A stretch of 64,000 bases of DNA from Tubulanus polymorphus (taxonomy: Eukaryota > Animalia > Nemertea). A program made the translations under genes and the position numbers. The stretch lies in assembly GCF_964204645.1 (NCBI RefSeq), contig NC_134035.1, forward strand, positions 9,642,451-9,706,450, written 5' to 3'. Of the stretch, positions 29,118-42,990 are shown piece by piece (the stretch's first letter is position 1; every line of letters starts with the position of its first letter). The notes beneath the pieces were generated by a model, which saw only the letters and a list, made by a program, of their open reading frames with translations, ran no database searches and was not told the origin of the DNA.

Positions 29118-29251
29118 CTGAAGATGACTATTGGGATATAGTCGAAACGTTGAAATAAACTACTATCTCGAAGTTTCATTTTTGGACTTTTTATTATCAT
29201 TGTGGGATTCTCTCCTCATCGCGTCAACACGGATATAGTGTTCTACCAATC
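29118..29251 (+). mobile_element. 134-bp Penelope-like insertion beginning at an intact hammerhead core, with 8-bp TSD
   Basis: CTGAAGA T GACTAT tgggat ATAGTC GAAAC GTT (29118-29151). Tail nearly identical to 16933-17045. GTTAGATC at 29110-29117 and 29252-29259. Confidence 0.75.
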
Positions 29252-30691
29252 GTTAGATCATTGTTTCAATACAAAATATAACCACATAACGGTACTCTGC
29301 CTAATTTACTTCATTACAACTAGTTTTTTGGACGGGTGTTTTATCATAGAATGTAAGTTAAAAACCCAGTTCACATTTAAAAGATTCTAAATTGAATTTA
29401 TTACGCAAGAATTAAGATCTGACCACGCCCGACGATTGACTTAAAGAGGGAGCGTCGGAAACGTTGTGTCTTGATTTCTATTCGTGATTAACAAAATGAA
29501 CCAAAACAAGTGAAACCCAACTGTTTTCATATTCTAAAGACTCGGAATGAAATGGATTGTTCAAGAATTAAACACCGACGATAGTCCGAAAAGTCGTGTC
29601 ATTTGTTTTCAATTCTTGAGCAATACATTTCAAACCTTTCAGATTTGTATATAGTGTGGGTTTAAAACTTATCACCACCCACATTCTAGTCACCGAGAGC
29701 CTTAGCTATATTGTTATATAATTTCAAATTTAGTTCGCTGACACTTGCGTTCCGGTGACATGCTGGAAAGAGAAAATGACGACAATAGTGTTTATCCTTG
29801 CGCTTTGTAACCCAGGGAAATCATTTCAGTTCGTATCTCGAATCCATCGACGGATGCGGTTTCGCATTTTTATGCGTAGATTCGCGATGACAGTGCTCGC
29901 CTGCGTCATGGTTATTAGATATTACATGTAGACATGCGACGAAATTCTCTATACCTTAAAAAATGCTCAACGACAGTAACCCGATCTAGAAAAATATCAT
30001 CGTTTTTTCAGCTTCGGCGCGAAGCGAGAAACAGAAAACTGCCGACAACCACAAAATAACCGAAATGTGTTTCCGAAGTGCTTATTATAGTACTGATAAT
30101 AGCGATAATCATGTGTTCGTATTTCGCCGAAATTATAGCTTTCGGATAAACGCGCGACATCCGACGCGCTGCGTGAGTGAAAAACGTGAACTCAATACGA
30201 AAAGCTAAAAGTGATGAAAATGTCCATCGATTGTTAGACTGTTCGGTAAGTCGTTGAGCTTCGGGTGGCGTATTTGCCGCGTTTCGAGGCGCTCGCGCGT
30301 TATATGACTTGAGACGTAAAGTGTACTTGCGCGCCGTACGTCAGCGCGTATTACCTCTATTTCAATAAAAACGGGCAAATTTTCAATTTCATACCGTAAT
30401 GATGCCGCCGAAGGGAAATGAGAGCGCGCGACTCGACTTCGGTGAATGGCGCCCGCCGGCGAAGAAATACACGGCTTTGTTCCTACTCCGCGCCGTGAAA
30501 ATTCTTGAAGTTACGATTTATGACGTCGTGAAACACAGTGGAAGAGGAGCGGATCTTATAACATTTCGGAATTTCGTTGACTGAATTTAGCGATTTTTGA
30601 ATCGATATGAATGCGAAACACATGTTTTTTATCAATGAAATAAGACGTAGACGTTGAAACCCCGTTGAAACGTACCTACTGGATCTTTTAG

Positions 30692-30928
30692 GAACTTCTT
30701 CAAACGAATTTCTGGGCACCTTGTCCACTATGTCCAAACTTCGACCAATCTAAAAGCCTTAGATTCCATGGTCAGAAATCTGATAGACTCATACCTGAAA
30801 CTTCTTCAAACGAATTGCTAGGGACCATGTTCGCTACGCCCACACTTTTGCCATTCGCTACGTACTCACTTTTGCCATTCTAAAAGCCTTAGGTTCCATA
30901 TCACGATCAGAAATAGCCGATAGACTGA
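30692..30928. repeat. Tandem duplication of ~107 bp (2 units)
   Basis: aacttcttcaaacgaatt ... ctaaaagccttag.ttccat ... gatagact occurs twice. Confidence 0.7.
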
Positions 30929-32659
30929 GGCCACCAATAGCGAAGCCACACCAATAACTACCTTGACACACGGTGGGATAGTAATATTGTTACCTTATAA
31001 CCACTTATAACAGAAGCGTGAAATAACTTCAAGGATATCCAACAGCAACGTAAGGACAATTAGAAATACATAATACATGAAGAATCTACAAAGCATAACC
31101 CATTAGGTTTAAAATTTGAGTCAGTCAACATTTTGCTATAGTGGGGGAAAGGCAGTCATTGCATCTACTAAATTTGAAAGAATGATCTAGATAAGATAAT
31201 GAACTTGTCACAAAATACGGTTCATCGATTTTTAATACGGACCAGAAACAAAGCCACGATTGATTTGTTTATCTAATTAGAAATCTTCTCTCAACGCATC
31301 TCGCCGGTATTCAATATACGATTTTTAATCGCCAGCTCGACTGAGACAACGCGTATTAGAGAAGCTTCTTCCGCGCGAGTAGAACCGCGCTTCGGGCTAG
31401 ATACCGAGTTATCACTGCGAGACGACGCTTGATCGGTGAACGAAATGGCGCCACGACGAACGCGTCGTTATAAAAAAAAGTGAAAAATATACAATCGAAA
31501 TCGATACGAAAAGAGATTGAAAATTCCACGCGTATGCGCAACATTTCCTGCGCGTCGGTATAGTTCGTTTTTAACGCCTGTATAGTACTGGGTGATATCG
31601 GAAATTCGGCGGCGCGCGATCTGAAATTAATGAAAAGAAGAAAAGCTTTTTCTTCGTATCTATACACAGCGCCGACGGTGATAGCGGCGTCTAATTAACA
31701 GCGATTTTCGAGAACAGAAAACCGTATGCTAACTACACGTGGCTGCGCCGGCGGCAGCGGCGCGCAAAACACTTCGGGAAAACTAAAAATCGATAATTCC
31801 TGATTGGAAACAAGTTATTAATGGGTTTAATCGAGTTTCGTCGTTTACGCGTTTCCTTCGCTTGTTCCGCTATTATTTCTAACATTTAATTTAGAAAAGG
31901 GCAACAGAGATGCAACTGAAAAACGGGACCCAATTCGGCTGCAGTTTTTCAGTCATCGCCAATTTAGCCGAGTAGTATAGTGCGCAAACGTAAACGAGCC
32001 TCGCGGGTGCTACAACCTAATTGTAGGGAAACGTTCGGCGCTGAGTTAGCTATTACGTCGACGCGGATATTTCGTTATTTTCGCCCGTATTATAAGCTCC
32101 GCGTTAGATACGACGGATTAACCCTGACGCGGCCCGACTCAACGGCAAGACTGACCGCCTAATATGATTTTATGTCGGCCGTATATGGTTGGCGGTCTCT
32201 AAGGATTCCGGCACGGATTGTCGAGTCTGTGTCTATACGGTGTTTGCGAGTTACAACCAGTTAACGAGTCTCCGAGGACCTGCGTACGACGTACTGGCTT
32301 TTACTATTGTCTATACTGATTTCCCAGCCCGTACGCGGCCCGTCGTCGCAAGAAATGTCAGAAGTTAAGTAGAATGCCAGCCCGCCGGATATTCGACGTT
32401 CGTTAAAGTCTCCTAAACGAGGAGGCGAGGAAAATATAACGAGGGCCAAAGGTTAATACCGGAAATTACGTTAATATGCCTGAGTACAATTCACGAGGCT
32501 GTCCGATGTAAAATTAGAATATTATTCCTACCAGCGCATATTTCTCGACATAAAATCAAGTTTCGTCGATTTCTCGAGGACCCCTTAAATAACCGATGCA
32601 TTCGTGCAAATTTTGCGCTGATAAATTGAATATCCTTCCCATCACAATGACATACTGTC

Positions 32660-33480
32660 AGATAAGGGGAGCTTCATCCTTTGCTTAGAACATATCTCAT
32701 TCAGTCTCATTCTATAGCAGCACTGGAACTGTATCCCCTCCCTTACAGATCGTTTTTGACGCTTCTAACATCCGTTTGTAATCAGAAAACGTCGTTACAT
32801 CAGCAAATCACACTAATTCTAATAACCGATGACCTACCAGGGTATTTTCTGAGATTTCGAAACGTACATCCGAAATTCAAGACCTTACAGATTTTCAGAA
32901 TGTCTTTAAATTCCCAATCAATCCATACTAAATTTGATACCAGCGCATTACTCGTCGCCCGTTGCCCAAGAGGCGTCATAATCACAGCTTCTTTGAAACA
33001 GATTTCTTGTTTTCAACTATTCACGACATGTTCACACGTATTGTGGCAACGTCATTATATGAAATACAGATAGATACAACGGTCTTTGTTCTGCCCCCGC
33101 GAACACAAACGCAAACGGCGCACATCCGCAACTGTCGTTTCCTATAACTTAATAATTGCCAGATTTACAGCACCGCCATTTGCTAATTGCGTTCATTGCA
33201 GCATCTTAAGGACTTGTTTCTGTGTGTGTGCCACGGTCGTAATAACGCTGAATTACCAACGTCAAACATAGCACGCATTCGTCCGTTCTCTTTCATCCCC
33301 TCCCAACAGAGCTCGCTATACGTGTTGGCTAATGAGAAAATCTTGGCCCAGTTTCCGCACGTGAGGACTGAGATATTGCACTTGCAAACACTTAGATATA
33401 CGGTTCACGATTGAAATCGCTATCTCGTGAAACGTTCTACGTTGTATTACAAAAATTGAAAAGTTTCAGCCAATGAGACA
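32660..33480 (+). mobile_element. Heavily decayed CR1/L2-type LINE reverse-transcriptase remnant
   Basis: Fragments NIARIRPF (~33265), LRTYL and TEILHL resemble the CR1/L2 RT C-terminal region. No intact frame. Confidence 0.35.
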
Positions 33481-34087
33481 AAATATCCGTTTTTGGGGCA
33501 CCTTCCTTAAAGTGACGTATGTTTTTCAAACTGTAGCTGTGACCGATTGTTGCAGCCGAGAAAAATGAAACGAACACCATAAGAAAATAGAGATTGTCCC
33601 TTTTCTAATGAAAGATAACTTCAATTTCTGTGGCTTAAGGGGGATGGACGACAATAAATCGTGCTATAGGTTTTGGTGTAAAAATGTTTAAGATCTGTCC
33701 AACAATGGGACCGCTTAAAAATGGCATCTGGTACATGGAAACTTCCCTATTTCAATGAACTTGTTCGCAAAACGCTTTATTTCGAGTTTCTAAAACTATG
33801 CTGATACATGTAGATTCGGTTTTGCGCTCGCTTTGATTCGTCGTTGTGTCGTCACGTAATGATTTTAAGTTCTGAAAACAAAATTAAACGCCAAGCGAAG
33901 CGGACGAATAGTGCAAACACTGTGAACCTATGAATCGACACCGCTGTGTGATGCAAATCTTGAACTCGACGGATTCGAACCTAATTGAAGATTATGCATT
34001 GCGACTTTGCAAATGGCTCTAACACCGACATGCGCTGGAAAGTTCCGGATAATTAGCGAGATTTGCATCTTGAGAAATGGCGCGCAC

Positions 34088-34129
<42 letters not shown>

Positions 34130-35919
34130 TTAACGCGTAAATAGATAAAGTCATTTTTATGAACGAGCACATTTTTCACCCTAAACAAATCTTCCGCGTA
34201 TTAATAGACGCCAATTTACGGCCATGTATTAATCACTCGGCGCGATGATGATGATGATGTATTAATACGCCACGGCGACGCGGTTCACCGACTTCCGGTA
34301 TAGGTGATTAATGAACAGCCGGAAGTGCACCGAATTTACCGCCATGAACAGTTTAATCAAATCGTTCACGCCGACAAATTATACGAACATCGTTTTCTAA
34401 TGGATCATAATTTATTTCTCTTTAACGCCTGTTATACGTACGCACAAATGCCGGCCATATTTCTGGATAAATATCAAACCGCAAAGAAATTGATCAATTC
34501 CGGCGCCGTATCATCTTATCCCGGATATATTTGATTATCGCTGATGAATTTTGCCGTATCTTAAAACTATCCGAAGCGTAAGCCTATTACGTACGTTGAT
34601 TAGAATCGCATCCTTACGAATGCCACATCCGCAAATATAGTAGCCCCGCATAATTGCCACCATCTATTTCATGTTTTCCGGCCCTTCTACGTCGCACGCG
34701 TAATAACGCGTAAGATGAAAAAGATGAATGATGAAAATTCGAAGAATTGATCATCAAGATAAAGAAACCACAGCGCGGTAAACAGTTGAATTCGTTCAGA
34801 TTTGTACATACTCGTGTATTCTCGTCGGGTTCGAGAATTTGAGCAATGATAAGACGCAACGGTATCGTGAAAAAAACGGATAATAATCAGCCACTGTTCG
34901 CTCAGGAAGACGCGTATAATAATCCACCAATATTTACTGCTAATCTTTACCATTGATGCGGTGGGTTTCAGCCCCACCCAGTAATTACATGAATGAAAAA
35001 TACAGTAGAATGTCGTATTACGTAGAGTTCGAGTCCTGGTCAAACTATATGTAATTATAGTTGACCAGTTGATGTGCTAATAATGCGCTAAAGAGAACGT
35101 GTTATCATCCGATATGGCCAGTACAAGCGATGAAATGAAATATTCGTCGGTTCCAGTGCGGTCATTTTTTTCTCGATTAAGCCACTCTAATAGACGATCC
35201 GGTCTTGTTTATTCCCGTCTGATCGGGCGATTATGTTTTGGGTTCGAATCCCGGTCATTCCACTAAATCTCGACGCGACAGAAAAAAACCACGTGAGCTG
35301 GTCGGCCAGACTGTTACCAGCGACGAGAATCTATGATATCTTAGTCGCATCAGGAATTGATGGTTTATCGATTAGCCATTGATCAACATTAACAGTGCCC
35401 GAGGACGTCGTTGACATTTCCCATAAAGTATAGCTTACCCTAGTCTTCAAAGACAACACTAACACCACCACCAACAACAACAGCAGCAGCAGTAGCAGCA
35501 GTCCGCCTCCGCAACGAAACAACAATCAGAACTATAATGATGACAGGAAATGTAAAACTGATTTGTCCTGCACCACGATCGCGTGTGAATGTGTCGTTTT
35601 CCGCTCCACCGATAATTGGCCTCAACTCTCAAACTCATCGATCGACTAGCGTTGATACTGATACGTATTTAGATATATCGACGATGTCGATGCTTATGTC
35701 TGGAGTAATTCCAAACCTAAAATATACATATGCGATGTGTCCCCACAAATCAATACGCATCTTCCATAGACCGTCCACGCGCGTAAATAGATTTTGCTTC
35801 TCTACTGAAATAATTTTGTCGATTAGTCAAATAGATAAGCTCTTGCCCTGCCGTGACGCCATCGTTAGAGAGGCGTGGAGGACTTTCCGCCGTCTTTGAG
35901 GGGTTAAAGAACCGTGAAT

Positions 35920-36115
35920 TCGCTGCTGTCAATGAGAAGTTGGAGAGAAACGTCATGGTGCCTCTGTCAAGGAGGAGTTTGAGAAAAACTTCCCGCTGCC
36001 GCTGTCTGGGAAGAGTTGGAGAAACCGCCTGGTGCCTCTGCCAAGGAGGAGTTTGAGAGAAACTTCCTGGCGTCGCTGTCAAGGAGAAGTTGAAAAACCT
36101 CCTGGTGCCAGCAGT
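35920..36115. repeat. Degenerate ~37-bp tandem repeat with 73-74 bp dimer periodicity
   Basis: ggtgcc at 35957, 36031 and 36104; ctgtcaaggag.agtt.gag repeated. Confidence 0.7.
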
Positions 36116-39100
36116 CAAATCTCCCAAGCGACACCACGTACAATAATCTACACCTGGTTTTGCGAAGACGTTGCGGAGTTCACCATCAGTTCAGCGGTTT
36201 TTACGGTTTATTCTATCAGAGCACCGGTTACCGATTTTGCAATAAAGCCGCCGGTGCGGTGGTTATCTTTCCAATACGTGACATATTCGACGTCTAATCG
36301 CGGCGATGGCGGTATTTTACGAATCAGCGACGAATGTCAACACCGAACGAGAGGTATGCAACTCGTCACACAGCGGCTTTAAAGCATTCGCCAGAAAGAA
36401 AAAAAGAAAAACCGGCGGTATAGTAACACATGGTTTTGACATGCATGTACGGAAGAAAACAAGCAATAACAATAACCTGTTAATATTCGCACCTACAATA
36501 GCAGAAGAGACGGCACCTTCGATTAACAACGACGTGTTATTTCCTTGTGCAATATTTGAGGTTATTTCACATTGTGAATCGCGTATATTGCGTTTGCACA
36601 CGTATGAAACGTGATACCAATAAGTGTATTTGTTTTTGCAGCCATGCACTCCAGACAGGTGTTTGAATATCAATCAATTGATTCCACGCGGGACGATCCC
36701 TGTCATACTACAACAGCTATCATTTTGAAGCATAAATACTTGAAACTTTTGTACGTCATTGCAGTTAATGCTTTTGACTTTGAAGTGGTGAATGTCCCTA
36801 TTTTGATTGATTGGTTTTGATTTTATGCTGTTTGGCGTCCCTTACAAAACCACCACCTGCCGAGAGCGAAGCAAGTGGTTTAAATCCGAAATGATAAATC
36901 GAAGCGCATATATCAGCGGCCGAATTTTTAGGCTATTTTGATAAAATCGTGAAGTACGTAATTGGAAATTTCGGCGTTAACAATCTTCCAACACGCCTGA
37001 CCTGGCGAGCCACTGATTGGGGTTGTTAAAGCATTTCAAGTGAGGTCACTTTTAACACGCGAAGCCATCCGCACCCACGGATTTGCCACAAACCCGGAGA
37101 GCCCCTCCACCCATGCACCTAATGCGTTTACATTCGTCTTGCCGCCCATTCGAGAAAAAAAAACTTCATCGAGCCACCCACTCGAAGAAGCCCTGTCGTC
37201 GCCGTCCAACCCACTCGAAGCCTCTCTTATCCAGATTAATTGATACCTTTAAGCGATAATGAGCAATCTGTCAGTGATATACGCGCGATTGGAAAACGAT
37301 TCATATCGCGAATCGCTGAATCAGTTTATCTGCAACATTCCCCTGAATGGCTGAGTATTCAACGACCATCCCACAGTGTTCATAACGTGCTCAAAATAAA
37401 CCAGCAGCCTTCAGCGTCACTGGGAGCTGTTTCTAAAACGGTATTTTTAACGCGTAATCTTTTGCGTCGTTTTTGTCGCGAGGGCAGATCAAAAGAACGC
37501 ATTATATCGCGTTAAAACGGCGCTATATTCCCCGAAACAAATTCTCACGCCTCAAACTAGAAATTGAATTCAATGGATTCATCGACAAAATGCTTTCTTT
37601 AAAATTTAAATGTTAACAATCAATATAGGAAACAATGTCCCGTGAGAAAACCCCCAATACGTACATGCGGCTGACAAGCCTTAGAAATATCATATTCCTA
37701 ACTATAGGGATTAGATATTTCATTCAAATAGAAGGAAAACCATTGACGGTTTTCCTATGCCCCTCACCAGCCAACATAATGCATATTCATAAAAAAAGCT
37801 CGGACAGGGGGGCCAATTTTGAAAGACTTGTCACATCACAGAATGGCACTTCGTCTAAAAAAGGCAATATTCGGCTCACTTCCGTACTGAAATGCACTAA
37901 TTCACAAAATGAAGAAGGGTACTCAAAACTTGACGAACTAATCTTATCCATCAAAAGCCCCACTGGATCCGAAAATGAATTTACTTTAACTCAAAGTTAA
38001 TTCTAACTCACAACTGTGGAACTGGGTCCCGATGAATAAACACTGATAACTGAATATATCGTGTGCGTTAACTTCAGTGTGATCTGTTTTACTCTGTGTC
38101 ACTGTGTATTTCTACTTCGACTGAATTTACGTCGTTATTATATGAATACGACTATTTATATCGTCTTGAGCTCGGATTTCCTGCATTCGCGAATCGAAGC
38201 AATTATCTAACTCAAGGATTCTATTGTGTTCAAGATTTCATATACCGTACAGAACGTCTCGATCAAAGATCAAAGCAAAGTTGCAATTACCTATTCGATA
38301 TCGCAGAGTAAGCCGCGGGTTTTCTAAAGATAAGCTATTTATTACATTCAACTGTTTTTAATGGACCGGCAGCATATTTTTATCACCGATATTTTATACG
38401 TTAATTAGTGTATTGAGCCTCCTAAAGTATTCGAATATGTTTCATCTTTCGTAATAACTTTCGAATTCGATATTCAAGACTGCGAGGTTTGCGCGTTAAC
38501 CGCACGGTCACGATTTCAAACAGCGTGTCCTCAAAGGTCACCGAATAAAATAGAATAAAATTGTGCGGTCTACTGCGACCGTTCTCAATTGTTTTAGAAA
38601 ACACGGTTTATCGTTGATTCTAGAGCAGCGTCATATTATTACAAAGCAAGACATCGAAGCGCATAAAAATAGGCTGCCATTGATGATTTATAGAATTTGC
38701 TATCCAATTTTCTCTCATTCAGGAGCGCCAATATTCAGTTTCTGAACATATTGAATTTGTACACAAATCTATCTGGCGTTCAGTGGGCGAGACACAACAA
38801 CGGCACCAACGACGACGCTTGAGTTTTGTAAATACGAAAATGCAAAAACTCATGTGAAACGTCACGCTGGCAGCGCCCACCAGTTTTTCCCCGGCGAAAT
38901 TGGGCGCTTGAATTATAGATAATTTTTCTCGGAAACTCCGCGGTGAAACGTTCGGATACTAAATTGATTATAGAATTACCAGACTTTTTTGACTGAGAAA
39001 ATATACTGCATACACAGTATTTAATGACGGGAGCACACCTAGAACCCACACACACACACACAACCTGCGCTGTGTGTCTAATTACAGCCGCAGTATTGAG

Positions 39101-39388
39101 GAAGGAAGGAAGCTACGGATAATTTGCGCTGCCGATTCGAGCGCTGTTAGAGAGAAATATTTTCGTGAACGCCACCGCACCGCAATCGCCTGTCATTCCC
39201 TTTCCCTCTCGATTTAATTCGCCGTTGATAATTACGCGTGGAAGTGCGAGGTTAATTCGTTTGTTAAACCGGTGCAAGACGTCCCGCGGTATCGAATACG
39301 ATCGTTCAATTTTCGCCTGTATATAATGCGTATATGTACTATACTTTTATATACGTTACCTACATATTCGATTCGTGATAGCTGGTGT

Positions 39389-39728
39389 CATCCTCCCCCG
39401 GCGGGGATTCGAACCTGATGGCGTCAAGATTGCCACGGTACGAAACCCTGCCACACTAGACCGAGTGCGCAGCTACATGCGCAGCTTAGATGATGTCATT
39501 ATTAGCCAATCAGAAATCCCGTTTTATTTTAACCCGGGTTTTCCCATTTATAGTTCTTCCGTGAAATCTACCTCAGTGATTATACAACAAGCAATCTGAT
39601 TGGTGCCGCAAGTTTTCGCGCGGCAAAGCTGCGCATGTACCTGCGCACCCGGTCTACTGTGGCAGGGGTTCGTGCCGTGGCTGAGTGTAGCGATGCCATC
39701 AGGTTCGAATCCCTGCCGAGGGAGGATG
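39389..39728. mobile_element. MITE with ~100-bp imperfect TIRs (CATCCTCCC...) and 8-bp TSD
   Basis: TIRs CATCCTCCCCCGGCGGGGATTCGAACCTGATGGC.../...GCCATCAGGTTCGAATCCCTGCCGAGGGAGGATG. GCTGGTGT at 39381-39388 and 39729-39736. Confidence 0.88.
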
Positions 39729-40084
39729 GCTGGTGTTGGAAAAAGCTACGGGCGAAATATCGTCGGCGCTATGATGTAAAACAAGTCGAAATAGCGCAGA
39801 AGTCAAAATACAGACGAATCGAAGAATGCGGACTGTTTCGTCAATATTTAATCAGCTGATTTAACTCATTCGTTTTAACAAAATAGTATTGAATAGCGCG
39901 AGTAAAATGAAATGATACATGTATGTATCATACATTCTACCGACGTCTGCAACCGACGTAGTTACTGAACTCCAACAGCAGTGGAAACAGCAAGTCGAAT
40001 GCAAGGAAGGTACAACGATGGATAATCTGGCAATATTTCAATTATATATCGAAAGAAATCCCACAATAATTCTAACAAATATGA

Positions 40085-40233
40085 AGGGCCGTATTTAGCA
40101 GGGGCAAGGGGGCGGTTGCTCCCCCAGAAATTTTGGGAAAGTGTCCTTTTGTAAATCACATTGTTATATCCTTTAGAACTGTCAAATTTCGTGTTTTTCT
40201 GCCCCCTAAAATTCGGATGCTAGGTACGGCCCG
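40085..40233. mobile_element. Small MITE (gggccgtatttagca...tgctaggtacggccc) inserted into a Penelope-like remnant
   Basis: Imperfect inverted termini. Left flank aatcccacaataa; right flank is the reverse complement of ctaatagtctttagccgaaatgttg (half hammerhead). Confidence 0.5.
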
Positions 40234-40609
40234 TATATTCGAGCAACATTTCGGCTAAAGACTATTAGAGACTCCTTATTTCTCGCACAATTAATCTTTA
40301 ACAAAATTCATTACAACGCTCTGGCCGCACCAACACAATAATCTATTTCAAAACTCGCTGATAGACCGCTTAAACAAAGAAATCATACCCGCAGGAACTC
40401 CACATCGGTATAGTAATGTTTTTCGTTTCTTGAATCGAAATTTAGTGCGATTGATTCATCCATGTTTCAAAATTTATTTCAACATTTTTTTCAAACCACT
40501 TTTTATCAATAACTAGATGATGCGTGGGCTGCGTCTTTTTTGAAACAGAGCACAACGTATCGAAAACACATATCATTTTCCAATACCCGATAAATTTAAA
40601 AGCTTTAAC

Positions 40610-40693
40610 GAATAAGCCTTTTTACAGTTTCCAGGCGCCATTTTTTTGGGTACCCAAAAAAATGGCGCCTGGAAACTGTAAAAAGGCTTATTC
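40610..40693. repeat. Perfect 84-bp palindrome with no spacer
   Basis: gaataagcctttttacagtttccaggcgccatttttttgggt|acccaaaaaaatggcgcctggaaactgtaaaaaggcttattc. Confidence 0.95.
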
Positions 40694-40697
40694 TACA

Positions 40698-40987
40698 CTG
40701 CGGCGGATCCAGGGGGTGTCCGCGGGGGTCTCAAATGTTGAGGTCCCTTAAAATTCCGTCCTCAAATATTCAGTCCATCCTCAAATATTACGGATTGAAT
40801 ATTTGAAGAACGATTAAAATCAAGAATGGACAACTGAAAAAAATACCAAGTTTTTGTTGCGGAAAACTTTAGCTGTTTTACCAATTCTAGAAGATCTAAA
40901 AAAGATCATTGCGTACAAAAAAAATGCGGCGAAGCTTAGAAAACGCCCTGGACGCCCTCCTTTTCTTCGACCCTGGATCCGCCCCTG
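40698..40987. mobile_element. hAT-like MITE with GGCGGATCCAGGG termini; related element ~55137-55449
   Basis: ctgcggcggatccaggg ... ccctggatccgcccctg. No clean TSD. Confidence 0.55.
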
Positions 40988-41976
40988 TTACGATTACAGA
41001 GTGACGTGTCTTCGGTTTTCTTTTCGGGATGGGCTTACACCGCAGCCGTGACATTTTCTTAACGATTTCTTTTTTTTTTCCTTATACCAATTCGCGATCT
41101 CGTTTATTCAAACTGGTAATAAATCGAAATTGGCCGATCTAATTCGCGTCGCTGTCTTCGGAAATCGAGCCGAACGGACAACGACTCGATATTCATCGCC
41201 CGACGAGTCATTATACTTAGCCGGAGTAATGTATATATATATATATATATATATATAAGTTTAATTTCAATTAGTCTTCGTTTGATTGATGATTATATAG
41301 AAGCATTCCTTTATCTCTGAAAGTACGCATTCCATTTGAACGCCGGGCTAATATACAGACACAACTTACAACCTTCGTAAATCGGAATTCTTTTCCCAGT
41401 AAATAATTCATTATGTAGACATTGAACTCACCTCGAAAGCGATTTATGAATTGCGATCTATTAAAATCCGTATAGTCTTCGGCGGTAGATATTGATAACG
41501 ATAGACAAGCCGTATGAATGAATCCATAAAGTAATATCAATCTGGCGAGGATTGAAGAGATCTAGGTACGTTTGAGGCAACAACGAGAGTGTTGCAGAAC
41601 CGCGCGTTCCCGTTACCCGTTCGGAACGTAACGCTGCGTACGAGCGTGTGTCAGCGCTGAGCGTTGCAGCTCTGTAGCGGCTGACAGCGACGACCGTCGC
41701 AGCAACGGTTTCGCATCGCATGCGTGAACGTGCGGTTCAACGCCGCGAACTCTACGTTAACAATATTCGATAGTAGCATTACTGATCGCAAGAAAATGAT
41801 TAATATTGTTAGATAGAAATCGTAGATTAAAATGTTGCAGTGTCGTGACTAAAAAGCGTTTGGTCACAGATTGTGGAGACGTGTAAAAACGCTATAGAAT
41901 AAATTGAAACTTTTGTCTTTTGTATTTTCTATCGGTATGAACGTGGATGGTGGTCGAATAAAACACTCTAATCCTC

Positions 41977-42051
41977 AACGTTTCGGCTGTTGACTAACAG
42001 TCATCATCATTGCACCTGATGATGGCCGTTTAATTCAACAGCCGACACGTC
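41977..42051. ncRNA. Inverted (divergent) pair of degenerate hammerhead motifs
   Basis: Minus: ATGATGA T GACTGT tagtca ACAGCC GAAAC GTT. Plus 42016-42051: CTGATGA T GGCCGTT taattc AACAGCC GACAC GTC, followed by family motif gtgggatttc. Confidence 0.55.
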
Positions 42052-42990
42052 GCGGTTTCGTTTCAATAATATAAAATTCTATCGTGGGATTTCTTAACTC
42101 ATGAGCGTGGATATGTTACCGAGACAAAGAACTGATTCAACCCGCAACACCAGGAAGCCACCAGGTACATTCAACACCGCTTTATGTTTTCGTGAACATC
42201 CTTAAAGATAATATAAATGAATGACTTCTCAAATCATAACAAACAGGGCCTGGGCCACTGTTCCCCCAATGAAAAAATTCCCTGAATTTTCCCTATGTTT
42301 TCTCCATGTTATAACATACAATTCCCTGAATGCATGGAGAATCCCTTTGCTTAGAATGTTACGATTCATTCATTATTCACGAATCGCGTTAAGAAGCGCA
42401 TGGTCAATAGCTTATCAAAAATTCCTCATATTTCTCCATGTTTTACCAATATTGGTTAAATTTCCCTGATCCTTCCCTGATTCTTTCCAGATTTTTTCTA
42501 ATTTCCTCGAATTTTCCGGCCACTCTCTGATGCGATTCAAAATCATACATTTCTGCGTTTATTCTGTTTCTATGGATTTTCAACTATCCGAACTCTCTTC
42601 CCAAGATCCAAGTCATATCTCTCACACAAGACTGGGCGTGGTTATCATTAACCGATTCGATCGCACTAAATATGGTATACGGTTTGCTCGCGTTTTGCGA
42701 GGTTCTCGTTCGTTCGTTCGTTCGGTCAACAGCTGTCAAACACACGGCGCCAGATCGACCGTCGTAATTTACTTCTCTCGCCTGCTCACTGCCCGTTTTA
42801 TTACAGACGGTTTGATCGTATCGCGCGCCGAGCCTAATCACCGTCATTTCAGGATAGATCCGCTTTAGAAAAAAAGCACTGACACAACCTTCCGACGAGT
42901 TTTAGAGATAAGAGTGCTTCCTAAAAACTCGCTGCAATTTCTAACGAGAAAAAATATCAAGAAAAGTTAAAGGCTTATATAGGAATCAGA

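Noticed and set aside
35331-35625. Poly-Leu signal-peptide-like ORF
   Set aside because: Arises from a CAC/CAA/CAG trinucleotide run; no splice or homology support.
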